This document shows, piece by piece, positions 11,275 through 20,869 of a DNA stretch of 64,000 nucleotides. The translations under genes and the position numbers were made by a program. The notes beneath the pieces were generated by a model. The model worked only from the letters and a program-made list of their open reading frames with translations. It was not told the DNA's origin and did no database searches. Numbering within the stretch: the first letter of the stretch is position 1; the number at the start of each line of letters is the position of its first letter. Source of the DNA: Myxococcota bacterium (lineage in GTDB: Bacteria > Myxococcota_A > UBA796 > CAJQPC01); assembly GCA_036012755.1 (NCBI GenBank), contig DASCPX010000129.1:103010-167009 (forward strand), in the 5' to 3' direction.

Positions 11275-11463
11275 ATGATCCCGATGACCGAGACCAAGAA
11301 CGACCTCTTCAAGAACCGGAACCGTACGGTGGCGCGCTCGTTCTACCGGCACCTGAAGGCCGAGGGCTTCTCGCACGAGCAGATCATCGAGCTCTCCACG
11401 ACGCTCCTGGATCTGGTCGCCAGCGATCTGCAGCAGCGCAAGGCCGAGGTCCAGGCCAAGTAG
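11275..11463 (+). CDS. small hypothetical protein, 62 aa
   Basis: High-GC3 ORF with a non-junk sequence (TETKNDLFKNRNRTVARSFYRHLKAEGFSHEQIIELSTTLLDLV). Alternative ATG at 11284. No family recognised. Confidence 0.6.
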   Translation: MIPMTETKNDLFKNRNRTVARSFYRHLKAEGFSHEQIIELSTTLLDLVASDLQQRKAEVQAK

Positions 11464-11466
11464 GCC

Positions 11467-12369
11467 TCAGTCCGGCTTCAGCACCGTCATCAGCTCTCGC
11501 CACTCCCGAGGGCTCATCCCGCTGCCCTCCTGGTGGACGTCCTCGCCCCTGATCATGCGGCGGACGACCTCGATCGACGCGCGTGACAGAAAGGCGCCCT
11601 GCAGGCGGTAGTCGACGAAGGCCTCCCAGGCGTGGGGGACCCAGGCTTGGACGAACTGCGCGATGGCCTCGCCGTAGACGCGGATCTCGTACTGGGCGTG
11701 GGGGTGCATCCGCAGCGACAGGAAGTGCAGCAGGTTGTGGAGGTCGATCTTCCAGTACCACTGGGTGTAGTAGTTGACCGGGAGGTCCATCCTGGCGAGC
11801 TCGCGGGCGAGCTGGTGCTCCTCCATGAGCTCTTCATAGGTGTCGTAGCTCTGCAGCGCGTCGCGCTTGAGCAGCTCGAGGACCTGGGCCGCAGCCTCGG
11901 GCTCGAGGGTCTCGCCGCGGCCTTGCTTGTTGTCCTTCGACTGGACCGCCAGCTGCTCGGGTGCCGGGATGTAGAACTCCTTGTCGAGCACCGAGTACCG
12001 GGCGCTGTACTCGTTCACGTTCGCCGTGCGATGGCGAATCCACTGCCTCGCGACGAAGATGGGCAGCTTGCAGTGGAGCTTGATCTCGGCCATCTCCAGG
12101 GGGGTCGTGTGGCGATGGCGCATGAGGTAGCGGATCAGCCCGCGGTCCTGGCGCATCTTCTTCGTACCCCGGCCGTAGCTGACCCTGGCAGCCTGCACGA
12201 TGGCGGAGTCGTCGCCCATGTAGTCGACGCAGCGGACGAAGCCGTGGTCGAGGCATGGGATCGGCTCGTAGAGCATCTCTTCCAGCGCAGGCACCGTCGC
12301 GCGCCTGGTCTCGTGGCGCTGCGCCTTGGCCTCGTCGATGGCCTCGCGCATGTCTCCACTGAGCTTCAT
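11467..12369 (-). CDS. thyX: FAD-dependent thymidylate synthase ThyX
   Basis: ThyX motif [15 protein letters not shown] (RHRxxSxxxxSxRY) plus homology-like sequence along the full length. ATG 12369 is preceded by GGAGAGG. The track ORF extension to 13665 is junk. Confidence 0.9.
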   Translation of the reverse strand: MKLSGDMREAIDEAKAQRHETRRATVPALEEMLYEPIPCLDHGFVRCVDYMGDDSAIVQAARVSYGRGTKKMRQDRGLIRYLMRHRHTTPLEMAEIKLHCKLPIFVARQWIRHRTANVNEYSARYSVLDKEFYIPAPEQLAVQSKDNKQGRGETLEPEAAAQVLELLKRDALQSYDTYEELMEEHQLARELARMDLPVNYYTQWYWKIDLHNLLHFLSLRMHPHAQYEIRVYGEAIAQFVQAWVPHAWEAFVDYRLQGAFLSRASIEVVRRMIRGEDVHQEGSGMSPREWRELMTVLKPD

Positions 12370-12414
12370 GGACCTCTCCAGCGGGGTAGAGTCCCTAACC
12401 CCCGTGGAGGAACG

Positions 12415-13539
12415 ATGACGCCCGAAGCCTTCGCCGAAGAGGCCACGAAAGCTCTCGGAAACGGAGACGCCGAGCAGGCGCTGGAGTGGATGGGTCGCGC
12501 CGTCGAGTCCTCTGAGCACCCGCGGCCTGATCTCGAGCACGGCATGGCGGTCATCCTGCTCCAGCTGGGCCGACCCGGCGAGGCCCTGCCGCACCTGGAG
12601 AGCGCCCTGGAGCTCGCCTGGGAGGCCAACGTGCCGGGGGCCTTCCTGGCCCACATCCACACGGCGCTGGCCGCGGCGCACGAAGACCTCGACCATCCAG
12701 GGCGCGCCTTGGAGATCTACGACAAGCTCTACGACATCGACGCCCGTCACGAGGCCCGCTCGAGCCACGCCCACCTGCTGCTCGGCATGGGGCGAACGGA
12801 CGAAGGCATCGAGGAGCTCGGGCGCTACCTCGAGCTCGCGGACGTGGCGGACGAGTTCAAGGAAGCGGCGTCCAGCTTCATGAAGGACGTCGTGGACTTC
12901 CGCGACGACTGCGACCCCCGCGAGCTCCTCGGGGCCCACCGCGGCGGCTACGTCGAGTTCTTCGACGCCAAGGCGGCGGAGATGGCCGAGCAGGGCTGGA
13001 TCGCCGAACCGGCCCGAATGACCCGGGCGCCGGACGGGCGGCTGTTGCCCGTCATCCCAGAAGGTGCCCGCCCCTACGCTGCGGTCCGTGTCGACCTCGC
13101 CAGCCCCGAAGGTGGCGCCGGCCAGATCGGCGATCAGCCCATGATCGTGGCGCTGGCAGGCTTCGAGACCCTCGCCCAGGCTCCGGTCTCCTTCCTGGAC
13201 AAGACGCAGCCCTTTCCGATCTGGATCGCATCCCAGTGCCCGTGGGACCAGATGCCCATCACGGTCGTCGTGGGTCGCGGCGACGCAGAGGAGCTGGTCG
13301 AGCCCATCGTCGCCGAGTGGTACACAGCCGGCTTCAACGGTGCCTTCGGAAGCGCCGAGCTGGGTCGCTTCCACTACATCAGCGACCCCGAGCCCACCCA
13401 CGATGGCCGCGGGGTGCGCTTCCACGTCGACCTCGGGCGCGCCGAGCTGCGCTGCATCGACGCCCTCATCGACGCTCTGGTGCCGGTCCACTCGGTCCAT
13501 GGCGTCGACAAGCTGCTGTTTGGACGAGGTCACGCCTGA
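12415..13539 (+). CDS. hypothetical protein with N-terminal TPR-like helices, 374 aa
   Basis: ATG 12415 is preceded by GGAGG. The region upstream in track ORF 11632.. is antisense to thyX. No family recognised for the C-terminal domain. Confidence 0.65.
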   Translation: MTPEAFAEEATKALGNGDAEQALEWMGRAVESSEHPRPDLEHGMAVILLQLGRPGEALPHLESALELAWEANVPGAFLAHIHTALAAAHEDLDHPGRALEIYDKLYDIDARHEARSSHAHLLLGMGRTDEGIEELGRYLELADVADEFKEAASSFMKDVVDFRDDCDPRELLGAHRGGYVEFFDAKAAEMAEQGWIAEPARMTRAPDGRLLPVIPEGARPYAAVRVDLASPEGGAGQIGDQPMIVALAGFETLAQAPVSFLDKTQPFPIWIASQCPWDQMPITVVVGRGDAEELVEPIVAEWYTAGFNGAFGSAELGRFHYISDPEPTHDGRGVRFHVDLGRAELRCIDALIDALVPVHSVHGVDKLLFGRGHA

Positions 13540-13976
13540 GGGCCCTGCTCTGGGAGGCCCTGCGGATCGCCGGTGCTCTCGGCCTGTTCTTGGGAGTGAT
13601 CCTCTGTGCGACCTTCCTCCCGGCTGCCGACTTCGGCTCCGATGGGGACGGGGCATCAAAGGCACCCTGCGAGGTCCTGTCCAACACCAGCTCCAGCTAC
13701 TCGGACGAGGGTGGGCAGATCTACGAGCTCGTCTTCGACCACGAGGGCGGCCAGGGCGTCGCCTACACCTATGACGCCGAGCTCATGGGCTCGACCACCT
13801 GCATGCAGCCCAATGGGGCTCCGGAGCGCATCCGCCCGGTCGGCTCTGAGATGAAGCCCTTCGGCGCCGAGACGCTGTTCGTCCTCGTCTTCGTCCTCGG
13901 CGGGCTCGCGATGATCATCGGCGCCACCGTGATGAAGCGGCGTCACATCGCCAGGATCATGGAAGGCACCGAGTAG
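13536..13976 (+). CDS. small two-TM membrane protein; start uncertain (CTG 13536, TTG 13590 or GTG 13596)
   Basis: Hydrophobic N-terminus ([21 protein letters not shown]) and C-terminal TM ([20 protein letters not shown]). CTG 13536 would form a CTGA overlap with the upstream stop. Confidence 0.4.
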   Translation: MRALLWEALRIAGALGLFLGVILCATFLPAADFGSDGDGASKAPCEVLSNTSSSYSDEGGQIYELVFDHEGGQGVAYTYDAELMGSTTCMQPNGAPERIRPVGSEMKPFGAETLFVLVFVLGGLAMIIGATVMKRRHIARIMEGTE

Positions 13977-13993
13977 TCAGCAGAGGAACAGGA

Positions 13994-15682
13994 TCATGCG
14001 GGAAGGCCTACCCGATCCCGGGCCTCCATGCGCCCGTAGATCCTGCGATACGCGCCGTCCTGGGTGACCAGATCTTCGTGCCTGCCGGTCTGCACGATGC
14101 GGCCCTGTTCCAGCACGAGCACTCGATCCGCGCGCTGGATCGTGGCCCTCCTGTGGGTCACGACGACCGTCGCCATGCCTCCGATGCGCTCCTCCAGGGC
14201 CTGCCAGAAGGCGGCCTCGGTGTCGGCGTCCAGCGCCGCTGTGGCATCGTCCAACAGGAGCACGTCGGGCTCGCCGACCAGCGCACGGGCCAGGGCCACG
14301 CGCTGCTGTTGACCACCGGACAGCGTCACGCCGCGCTCGCCGACCCAGGTGTCGAGGCCCTCCGAGAACGCAGGCAGATCCTGCTCCAGGCGCGAGATGC
14401 GAAGGGCCGCGTCGAGGTCCCCCTCCCGCCCGAGCATGATGTTCTCCGACAGCGGAGCCGACAGGAGCACCGGGTCCTGGGGCACGACCGCGAGCTCGAG
14501 GCCCACCCGTCGGGAGCCAGAGCTCGGACGGGCGCCGCTGATTGCATGCACGAGCGTGGTCTTGCCCGCGCCGACCGCGCCGACGACCGCGACGATCTCG
14601 CCCGGGCTGACGACGAAGTCGACCTCGCGAAGCAAGGTCGCGCCGTCCTCGCTGATGACAGAGGCCCCGCGGAGCTCGACGCCTCCGCCCTCGGGTGGGT
14701 CGTCGAGGGCTTCGTCGCCGGGGGCCTCGTCCAGCAGTCCGTCGAGTCGCCGCAGCGCTGTCGCGGTCTGCTTGTAGCGGGAGAGGAACATGCCGACATC
14801 GAACATCGGCCAGATGAGGACGTTGACGAGGCCCTCGAAGGTGATGAACTCGCCGAGGGTGAGCTCCTCGCCGAGCACATGGAGCCCGCCGGCGAGCAGC
14901 AGCGCGACCAGCGCGATCTGCCAGCCGTAGCCATAGAGCAGGAGCACCCCCTGCTGGACCCGCTGGGTCTGGACCTCCGCGTGTTCCTGGCGCTCGATCT
15001 GGCCGGCGAAGCGACTCCGGGCCTGGGCCACGAGGCGGCAGGCCTGCACGATGCGGATGCCCCCGAAGGTGCTGGTCAGCTCGTCGTTGATCCCGCTGAT
15101 GGCCTGCTGGACAGCAAGGAAGCGCTTGCCCAGCGCATCCTGGGCGAAGGCCTGGAGTCCGAGGAGGACAGGGAGGGGCAACAGGATCCACAACGTCAGC
15201 TGCCAGTCGATCGAGGCCATGGCCACCACGCAGGCAAGGACGATGAGCGTGGCCTCGTAGGTCCGGAAGACGCCGGAGCAGAGGAACCAGCTGATCTTGT
15301 CGCCGGCGTCGTCGGTCAGGCGGGTCACCACGTCGCCGGTGCGCCAGCGTCGGTAGAAGCTCTCGTCGAGCCGCGAGAGGTGACCGAAGACCACGGTGCG
15401 CGCCCGCCACTGGAGCCGCGCGTTCATGTAGCTCCTGGTGCCCTGCAGGAAGACATAGAGCAGGCGGTGGCTGACACCGAGCAGCGCGAGCCAGAGGGCG
15501 ATCTCGCGCAGGGTCGCGGCCTCGCCGCTGCCGATGGCGTCGACGATGTACTGCCAGAGCCAGGGAAACGCGGTGACCAGCACAGCGCTCCCGAGGGACA
15601 GCACGAGCACGATGCCCAGACCCACCGGCGAGCCCTTCCAGAGCGCGAGGCCCCAACGCCAGACGACGCGCAGGTCGCTCAT
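13994..15682 (-). CDS. ABC exporter, fused permease/ATPase (type I exporter half-transporter)
   Basis: Six-TM N-terminal domain. Walker A GAVGAGKTTL, signature LSGGQQQRVALARAL, Walker B VLLLDDATAALD. The start overlaps the upstream stop (ATGA). Confidence 0.9.
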   Translation of the reverse strand: MSDLRVVWRWGLALWKGSPVGLGIVLVLSLGSAVLVTAFPWLWQYIVDAIGSGEAATLREIALWLALLGVSHRLLYVFLQGTRSYMNARLQWRARTVVFGHLSRLDESFYRRWRTGDVVTRLTDDAGDKISWFLCSGVFRTYEATLIVLACVVAMASIDWQLTLWILLPLPVLLGLQAFAQDALGKRFLAVQQAISGINDELTSTFGGIRIVQACRLVAQARSRFAGQIERQEHAEVQTQRVQQGVLLLYGYGWQIALVALLLAGGLHVLGEELTLGEFITFEGLVNVLIWPMFDVGMFLSRYKQTATALRRLDGLLDEAPGDEALDDPPEGGGVELRGASVISEDGATLLREVDFVVSPGEIVAVVGAVGAGKTTLVHAISGARPSSGSRRVGLELAVVPQDPVLLSAPLSENIMLGREGDLDAALRISRLEQDLPAFSEGLDTWVGERGVTLSGGQQQRVALARALVGEPDVLLLDDATAALDADTEAAFWQALEERIGGMATVVVTHRRATIQRADRVLVLEQGRIVQTGRHEDLVTQDGAYRRIYGRMEARDRVGLPA

Positions 15683-17367
15683 GCGGCGGCCTGGAGTTGA
15701 TGCAGCGCCGCGTAGAGCCCACCGGCGTCGATGAGCTCGTCGTGGGTGCCGAGCTCCTCGACCACACCGGCTCGCAGGACTGCAATGGTGTCGCAGGCCC
15801 GCACCGTGGCGAGGCGGTGGGCGACGGTGACGACCGTGCGTCCGGCCATCAGGCGGGACAGCGCCCCTTGGACGAGCGCCTCTGTCTCCGGGTCCACGGC
15901 GCTGGTCGCTTCGTCGAGGACCAGGATCTCGGGGTCGTCGACGATGGCGCGGGCGAAGGTGAGCAGCTGGCGCTCCCCCCTGGAGAGGTTGGAGCCTCCA
16001 TCCCGGAGCTCGTGGTGCAGGGGCATGTCGATGCCCAGGGTGTCCAGCGCGCGCCTCGCTCGATCCTGGTCGCCGCCGAGGTTGTCCAGCACGCTCCCAG
16101 CGAAGAGGTGGACATCCTGCAGGACCAGCCCGATGCGTTGGCGGAGGTCCTCGACCGCGAGATCCCGGAGATCGACGCCGTCGATGCGCACGCTCCCAGC
16201 GGTGGGGTCCCGGAAGCGCAGCAGCAGGTTCAAGACCGTGCTCTTTCCTGCTCCGGTAGCCCCGACGATGCCGACGTGGAGGCCCGCGGGGATGTCGAGG
16301 CTCAGGCCTCGCAGGACTGGTGTTCCCTCGACGTATTCGAACCGGACCTCGTCGAGCTGCATGCCGAGCTCCACCCCTGGCCAGGGCACCGCCTCCTCGG
16401 GATCCGTGATGTTGCGTGGTGTGTCGAGGATGTCGCTGACCCGGATGGCCGCAGCTCGGGCCCTCTCCAGGGTCGAGAGGTGGTGGGACAGCCGAATGAG
16501 CGGGTGGAACATCTGGCGGAGGTAGCCGAGGCCCATCACCAACGCGCCGATGGTCAAGGTCCCCTGGTCGACCTTCCATGCGCCGACCGCGAGCAGCACC
16601 ACCATGCCCAGGCTGCGAACCAGGACCACCGAGTTGAAGTACCAGATGCCCTGCATGTGGGACTTGAACTCCTTGTGGAAGACCTCTTCGTTGAGCGCCT
16701 CGCTGCGGTCGCGCGCCCACTGCTCCCGGCGGAAGCCGCGCAGGGTGGGCATCGCGCGGACGAGCTCGGTGAGCAGTCCCGTCAGCGTCGAGCGCACCTT
16801 GCGCAGGGCCAGGAAGTAAGGGGGGGCGACCTTGCGGAAGAGCGCGAAGAGCAGGAGATAGAAGGGCAGCACTGCGGCGCACAGGGGCGCGATCTCCGGG
16901 GCCGAGACCGCCATCACGGAGAACATGCCGACGAAGAGCAGGACATCCGCGGGCAGAGCCAGCAGGACCTCGGCGAAGAGCACCCGCAAGGCGTCGGTGT
17001 CGCCCTGCACACGGGTGATGAGGCGCCCGCTGGTGTGCTGGTCGTGGAAGGCCAGGTCGTGCTCGACGAGGTGGTCGAACAAGAGGCGCTTGAGCCCCTT
17101 CATCGCCCGCTGGGCGCAGATCTCGATGCCAACCCGCGCGGCGTAGGTGAGCCCCAGGTTTCCGGCGAGCACGGCGGTGAAGAGCGCTGCCTTCACCACC
17201 AGCCCTTCGCGGTCACCCCTCGCGAGGTCCTCGTCGATCGCGGTCGCCAGCAACCAGGGACCAGCGAGGTTGAGCCCGGTGGCCGCGATGAGACCCAGGA
17301 TCGAGGCCGTGAGCAGGCCAAGACGTCCCCGAAACAGCGGGGCCAGTCTCAGGAGGGGGTGAGGCAC
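15679..17367 (-). CDS. ABC exporter, fused permease/ATPase (partner half-transporter)
   Basis: Walker A GATGAGKSTV, signature LSRGERQLLTFARAI, Walker B ILVLDEATSAVD. 4-nt overlap with the downstream paralog. Confidence 0.9.
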   Translation of the reverse strand: MPHPLLRLAPLFRGRLGLLTASILGLIAATGLNLAGPWLLATAIDEDLARGDREGLVVKAALFTAVLAGNLGLTYAARVGIEICAQRAMKGLKRLLFDHLVEHDLAFHDQHTSGRLITRVQGDTDALRVLFAEVLLALPADVLLFVGMFSVMAVSAPEIAPLCAAVLPFYLLLFALFRKVAPPYFLALRKVRSTLTGLLTELVRAMPTLRGFRREQWARDRSEALNEEVFHKEFKSHMQGIWYFNSVVLVRSLGMVVLLAVGAWKVDQGTLTIGALVMGLGYLRQMFHPLIRLSHHLSTLERARAAAIRVSDILDTPRNITDPEEAVPWPGVELGMQLDEVRFEYVEGTPVLRGLSLDIPAGLHVGIVGATGAGKSTVLNLLLRFRDPTAGSVRIDGVDLRDLAVEDLRQRIGLVLQDVHLFAGSVLDNLGGDQDRARRALDTLGIDMPLHHELRDGGSNLSRGERQLLTFARAIVDDPEILVLDEATSAVDPETEALVQGALSRLMAGRTVVTVAHRLATVRACDTIAVLRAGVVEELGTHDELIDAGGLYAALHQLQAAA

Positions 17368-17403
17368 CGCGACAGGGTAATCACCGGACTCGGTGCAGAA
17401 CCC

Positions 17404-18342
17404 TCAGAGCAGCCACTGCATGGCCGCCCAGGCCCCTGCGGCTGCCGCCAGTGGCACGCTCAGGTTGTCGTCGATCCTGCGGGAGACGAGCTCCGCCACG
17501 GTCGCCAGCGGTGCTGCACAGGCGGCCACGACCACCGCGCCGAGGAGGCCGACGGCCGGGTGGAAGACCCACACCGTGACGAAGGTCACGATCAAGGCGG
17601 TCGCCAGGAAGGCCGCGCTGCCCTGGAGGCTGCGCCCATTCATCAGCTTGATCCTGCCGTAGCGTCGGCCGATGATCGCCGCTATCGGATCTGCGGCGCC
17701 GAGCACGATGACCGCCACGGCGCAGAGCAGCTTCGAGCCCGTCAGCGACAGCAGGAACAAGGCTGTGCAGTACCAGGTGGCCGAGTTCACGCGGTGGGCC
17801 TCGTGGGGGTGGCTCACCTTGGAGAAGACCCACAGCAGGGCGTCGTTCCAGCGGGGCAGGTAGCGGCGCGACAGCTCCAGGGTCCAGGCGACGCCGACGA
17901 AGGTGGCCGCGACAGCCTGCATCCAGCTGACCGTGAGCACGTGCTCGATGAGCCCGAGCGCCACGAAGCCCCCGAGGACGTGGAGGAGGTTGCGGGCGTA
18001 GTTGCTCGGCCGCAGGGAGGGCACGTGGATGTCGAAGGCCGAGAGCTCGACCGCGAGGGCCTCGTAGGCAGGCTGCAGGGCCAGGCGAAGGGACTCCCAC
18101 GCGGCCCGTACGTCCAGCGCGTCCGCGCCGGGCGTGTACTCCCGGATCAAGGCGAGCAGGCTCCCCATGTGTTCGCGCAGCGGGTTGACCAGGCTGCCCT
18201 CCACCAGCGCCTCGAGGCGCTCGGTGAGAGAGGCGAGCCGTCTCGACGCCGCCGCCTCGAAGCCCTCGGTCCAGCGCACCGGGTCGAGGTCGTGAAGCAG
18301 GGCCCGCAGGTCGAGCGCGATGGCTGCTGCTGCTGCGCTCAC
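17404..18342 (-). CDS. polyprenol/dolichol-kinase-like membrane protein (CTP-transferase-1 superfamily) with ~90-aa soluble N-domain
   Basis: About 6 TM helices. The loop IIGRRYGRIKLMNGRSLQGSAAFLATALIV resembles the conserved GxxxGK(S/T)xEGSxAF loop of the CdsA/phytol-kinase/dolichol-kinase family. Confidence 0.55.
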   Translation of the reverse strand: MSAAAAAIALDLRALLHDLDPVRWTEGFEAAASRRLASLTERLEALVEGSLVNPLREHMGSLLALIREYTPGADALDVRAAWESLRLALQPAYEALAVELSAFDIHVPSLRPSNYARNLLHVLGGFVALGLIEHVLTVSWMQAVAATFVGVAWTLELSRRYLPRWNDALLWVFSKVSHPHEAHRVNSATWYCTALFLLSLTGSKLLCAVAVIVLGAADPIAAIIGRRYGRIKLMNGRSLQGSAAFLATALIVTFVTVWVFHPAVGLLGAVVVAACAAPLATVAELVSRRIDDNLSVPLAAAAGAWAAMQWLL

Positions 18343-18484
18343 TCGGCGCCCCTGGGCGATGCGGGCGGGGGCGTTGCTTTCTTCACTGGGGCTCCGAGGC
18401 CTGAACGTAGCCCGTGAGGTCGCTCCTGGTCACTGGCATCTGGCTCAACCCATTGCAGAACGCGTCCGTTATATGCCTGCCCAC

Positions 18485-18513
18485 TTGCCCGATCGGCTCG
18501 CGGATCCTAATCT
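18485..18513 (+). promoter_or_regulatory. sigma-70-like promoter candidate for the dksA-like gene
   Basis: TTGCCC-N17-TAATCT, about 28 nt upstream of ATG 18541, which has SD GGAGG. Confidence 0.25.
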
Positions 18514-18540
18514 TCCGCGTCTTTCGCATGGAGGCTGTAC

Positions 18541-18957
18541 ATGTCGACCGCCGACGCCTCGCCCAACGATGTCCCCGTCGAGGACGAATACCTCTCAGTC
18601 GACGAGGTCGTGCACCTCAGAGGCATCCTGCGCGAGCGGGCCGAGAAGCTGCTCGACACCTCCCGCCAGAGCCTGACGGAGCTCACCGAGCTCAAGGAGG
18701 TCGACGCGGACGCTGTCGACCAGGCCGCGAACGAGTCGGATCGCGGCTTCTCGCTGCGCCTCGCGGATCGCGACCGGCTCATGCTCCGCAAGATCCGCAA
18801 GGCCCTGGAGCGCGTCGATGAGGGGGAGTACAGCGTCTGCGAGAGCTGCGGCGAGCCCATCACCTACAAGCGGCTCCTCGCCCGCCCTGTGGCGACCCTG
18901 TGCATCGACTGCAAGACCACAGCAGAGCAGCAGGAACGCCGCAGGTGGGACTTCTGA
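18541..18957 (+). CDS. dksA: DksA/TraR-family C4 zinc-finger transcription factor
   Basis: Acidic coiled-coil region followed by CESCGEPITYKRLLARPVATLCIDC (CxxC-N17-CxxC). Confidence 0.85.
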   Translation: MSTADASPNDVPVEDEYLSVDEVVHLRGILRERAEKLLDTSRQSLTELTELKEVDADAVDQAANESDRGFSLRLADRDRLMLRKIRKALERVDEGEYSVCESCGEPITYKRLLARPVATLCIDCKTTAEQQERRRWDF

Positions 18958-18976
18958 GCTCCGAGCGCTGTTCGGC

Positions 18977-19600
18977 ATGCTCGAGATAGCCCCCCGCCGA
19001 GCTGAGCTGGAGCGCCTCGGATTCACGATCGTCCGCGATCTGCCTGACGAGGTCGTCGGCGTTCGCATGCGCTTCCACTGGGACCTCACGATGCGGCTGT
19101 TCACGGTCTGCCGCCTGCGCAAGGTCGCGCGGCTGGAGCGTGACGGCCTCGAGCGGGAGCAGGACAGCATCGAGGCCATCGCCAAGAAGACCGACACCTC
19201 GGTCCTCCCTCGCGGCTTCCAGTTCGGCTGGCAGCTCATCGACATCTGGCTCGCGGACAGCGCCTCTGAAGAAGTGCTCGCCTTCGCCGGCGACAAGATC
19301 GGCAAGGGCTTCGGCCTGTCCTGGCACCCGGCGGTCGTCACCGCTGATGGGGCCACCTTCGCCTCTCCCATCTGGGGGGCGGCGATGTGGCCCAAGAACA
19401 AGCACGTCATCGAGCGCGTCGGCACCCTCGAAGGCCCTGACGAGGCCCCCCTGGCAGGTCTGGGCCTCGCGCTGACGGTGCTCGTGTTCTGGCCGGCGTT
19501 GGCCGGCGTCGTGTTGATGCTCTGCGGCCTTCCGCTGATCGCCTTCCCCCTCGGCTACCTGCTGGAGAAGGACCGGTCGCCCCCTCAGCTGGACGGCTGA
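18977..19600 (+). CDS. hypothetical protein with C-terminal TM segments, 207 aa
   Basis: ATG 18977 lies after the dksA stop. C-terminal hydrophobic stretch LGLALTVLVFWPALAGVVLMLCGLPLIAFPLGYLL. The 3' end overlaps convergent map by 16 nt. Confidence 0.5.
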   Translation: MLEIAPRRAELERLGFTIVRDLPDEVVGVRMRFHWDLTMRLFTVCRLRKVARLERDGLEREQDSIEAIAKKTDTSVLPRGFQFGWQLIDIWLADSASEEVLAFAGDKIGKGFGLSWHPAVVTADGATFASPIWGAAMWPKNKHVIERVGTLEGPDEAPLAGLGLALTVLVFWPALAGVVLMLCGLPLIAFPLGYLLEKDRSPPQLDG

Positions 19601-20469
19601 AAGCAGCTGAGCTCGCCCAGCTCGACCCAGGGCCTGTCCTCGCTGTTGGCCAGCGGCATGGACCTCGCCGTGAGGATCTCGACGCCTCGCTTCGTGAGCG
19701 CCAGCGTGTGCTCGAACTGGGCGGACAGCGAGCCGTCGCTGGTGACCGCGGTCCAGCCGTCGTCCAACTCGTGGCAGCGCCAGTCGCCGAGGTTGATCAT
19801 CGGCTCGATGGTGAAGCACATGCCGCGCTTGAGCTTCGGGCCGGTGCCGGGCACGCCGTGGTGGGGAACGCTGGGCTCGCTGTGGAAGACACGCCCGATG
19901 CCGTGGCCGCAGTAGGCGCGAACCACCGAGCATCCGTTGGCCTCGGCGTAGGTCTGGATCGCGTGACCGATGTCCCCCACACGGGCTCCAGGCCGCATCG
20001 CTGCGCGGATGCCGATCTCCAGGCACCCTCGGGCGACCTCTGTGACCTGGCGGGCTCGGGGGCTGGGCTCGCCGACGTAGAAGGTCGCGCTCGTGTCGCC
20101 GTGGAAGCCGTTGTTCCTGGGCAGGACGGGGGTCACGTCGACGTTGATGATGTCCCCTCTCTCCAGCGCGTATGAGCCGGGGATGCCGTGGCAGACGACG
20201 TTGTTGACGCTCGTGCAGCAGCTCTTGGGGAAGCCCTTGTAGCCGAGCGGGGCGGAGCGAGCGTGGCGCTCTGTGGTGTAGGCCTCGACGAGGGCGTCGA
20301 TCTCTCCGGTGGTGATGCCCGGGCGGATCTGGTGCGACACCATGCAGAGGATCTCGGCAGCCAGCTTGCAGGCCCGCCGCATGCCCTCGATCTCCGCGCC
20401 CGAGTGGTAGTTGATCACGCCGTCGCCCTCGCCGTCGTCCTGATAGCTTGGAGGTCGAGAACAGACCAT
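19585..20469 (-). CDS. map: type I methionine aminopeptidase
   Basis: MetAP-I sequence throughout (AEIEGMRRACKLAAE, VCHGIP, DIINVDVT, GHGIGRVFHSEP, FTIEPMI, QFEHT). An alternative start at GTG 20418 (MINYHSG...) would remove the overlap with the divergent gene. Confidence 0.9.
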   Translation of the reverse strand: MVCSRPPSYQDDGEGDGVINYHSGAEIEGMRRACKLAAEILCMVSHQIRPGITTGEIDALVEAYTTERHARSAPLGYKGFPKSCCTSVNNVVCHGIPGSYALERGDIINVDVTPVLPRNNGFHGDTSATFYVGEPSPRARQVTEVARGCLEIGIRAAMRPGARVGDIGHAIQTYAEANGCSVVRAYCGHGIGRVFHSEPSVPHHGVPGTGPKLKRGMCFTIEPMINLGDWRCHELDDGWTAVTSDGSLSAQFEHTLALTKRGVEILTARSMPLANSEDRPWVELGELSCFQPSS

Positions 20470-20869
20470 GTCAGCCAGCTTCCAGACCCAGACGGAACTC
20501 TTCGCGCCACCCGCGCGCCTCTTCGACGCCTGGCTCTCCACCATCGAGCAGGCGACCATCACCGGGGCCCCGGCACTCGTCGAGCCCTTCGTCGGGGGCC
20601 GATTCTCTCTCTGGGGCGGCTCCGTGACGGGCCAGCTCGTGTTCATCCAGCGACCCGACCGCATCGCCCAGACATGGCGAACAGAGGACTTCGGGCCCCG
20701 AGCAGATGACAGTCGGTTGGAGCTCAGCTTCGAGCCCACCGCTCGCGGGACGCGTCTTTGCATCACGCAGGACCGCATCCCCCCCGCTCTACGCAGGCAG
20801 TTCGTCTACGCCTGGAGCCAGGTGTACCTGCCGGCGTTGTCGGCCTGGACCGCCGCCCTGGTCGCCTGA
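20468..20869 (+). CDS. SRPBCC/Aha1-like domain protein, 133 aa
   Basis: Pattern FDAWLST...GGRFSLWGGSVTGQLVFIQRPDRIAQTWR...SRLELSFEPTARGTRL is typical of the Aha1/START-like (SRPBCC) fold. Confidence 0.6.
   Translation: MSASFQTQTELFAPPARLFDAWLSTIEQATITGAPALVEPFVGGRFSLWGGSVTGQLVFIQRPDRIAQTWRTEDFGPRADDSRLELSFEPTARGTRLCITQDRIPPALRRQFVYAWSQVYLPALSAWTAALVA

Noticed and set aside
13977-18417. Very long alternative-frame and antisense ORFs over the ABC exporter genes (13977..15785 minus, 14078..15700 plus, 15697..18417 plus, 906 aa).
   Set aside because: Their translations are Arg/Pro/Gly/Ala/His-rich low-complexity strings typical of off-frame reading in 70% GC DNA. The opposing frames carry unambiguous ABC motifs.
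18441-18458. Sigma-54-like sequence TGGCTCAACCCATTGCA upstream of the dksA-like gene.
   Set aside because: The GG-to-GC spacing is 11 nt rather than the strictly conserved 10 nt, so it is probably not a functional -24/-12 promoter.
19585-19600. Palindrome TCAGC-N6-GCTGA containing both stop codons of convergent genes. Other 12-16-nt convergent overlaps occur at 23422, 32730 and 47955.
   Set aside because: Only this one is palindromic. There are no U-tracts or extended stems, so there is no support for a shared bidirectional terminator.
20467-20470. Divergent map and SRPBCC genes apparently sharing overlapping start codons (CATG).
   Set aside because: This is likely an annotation artefact. 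map can start at GTG 20418 (MINYHSGAEIEGM..., the usual MetAP N-terminus, with a GAGGG SD), which leaves a normal 49-nt spacer.
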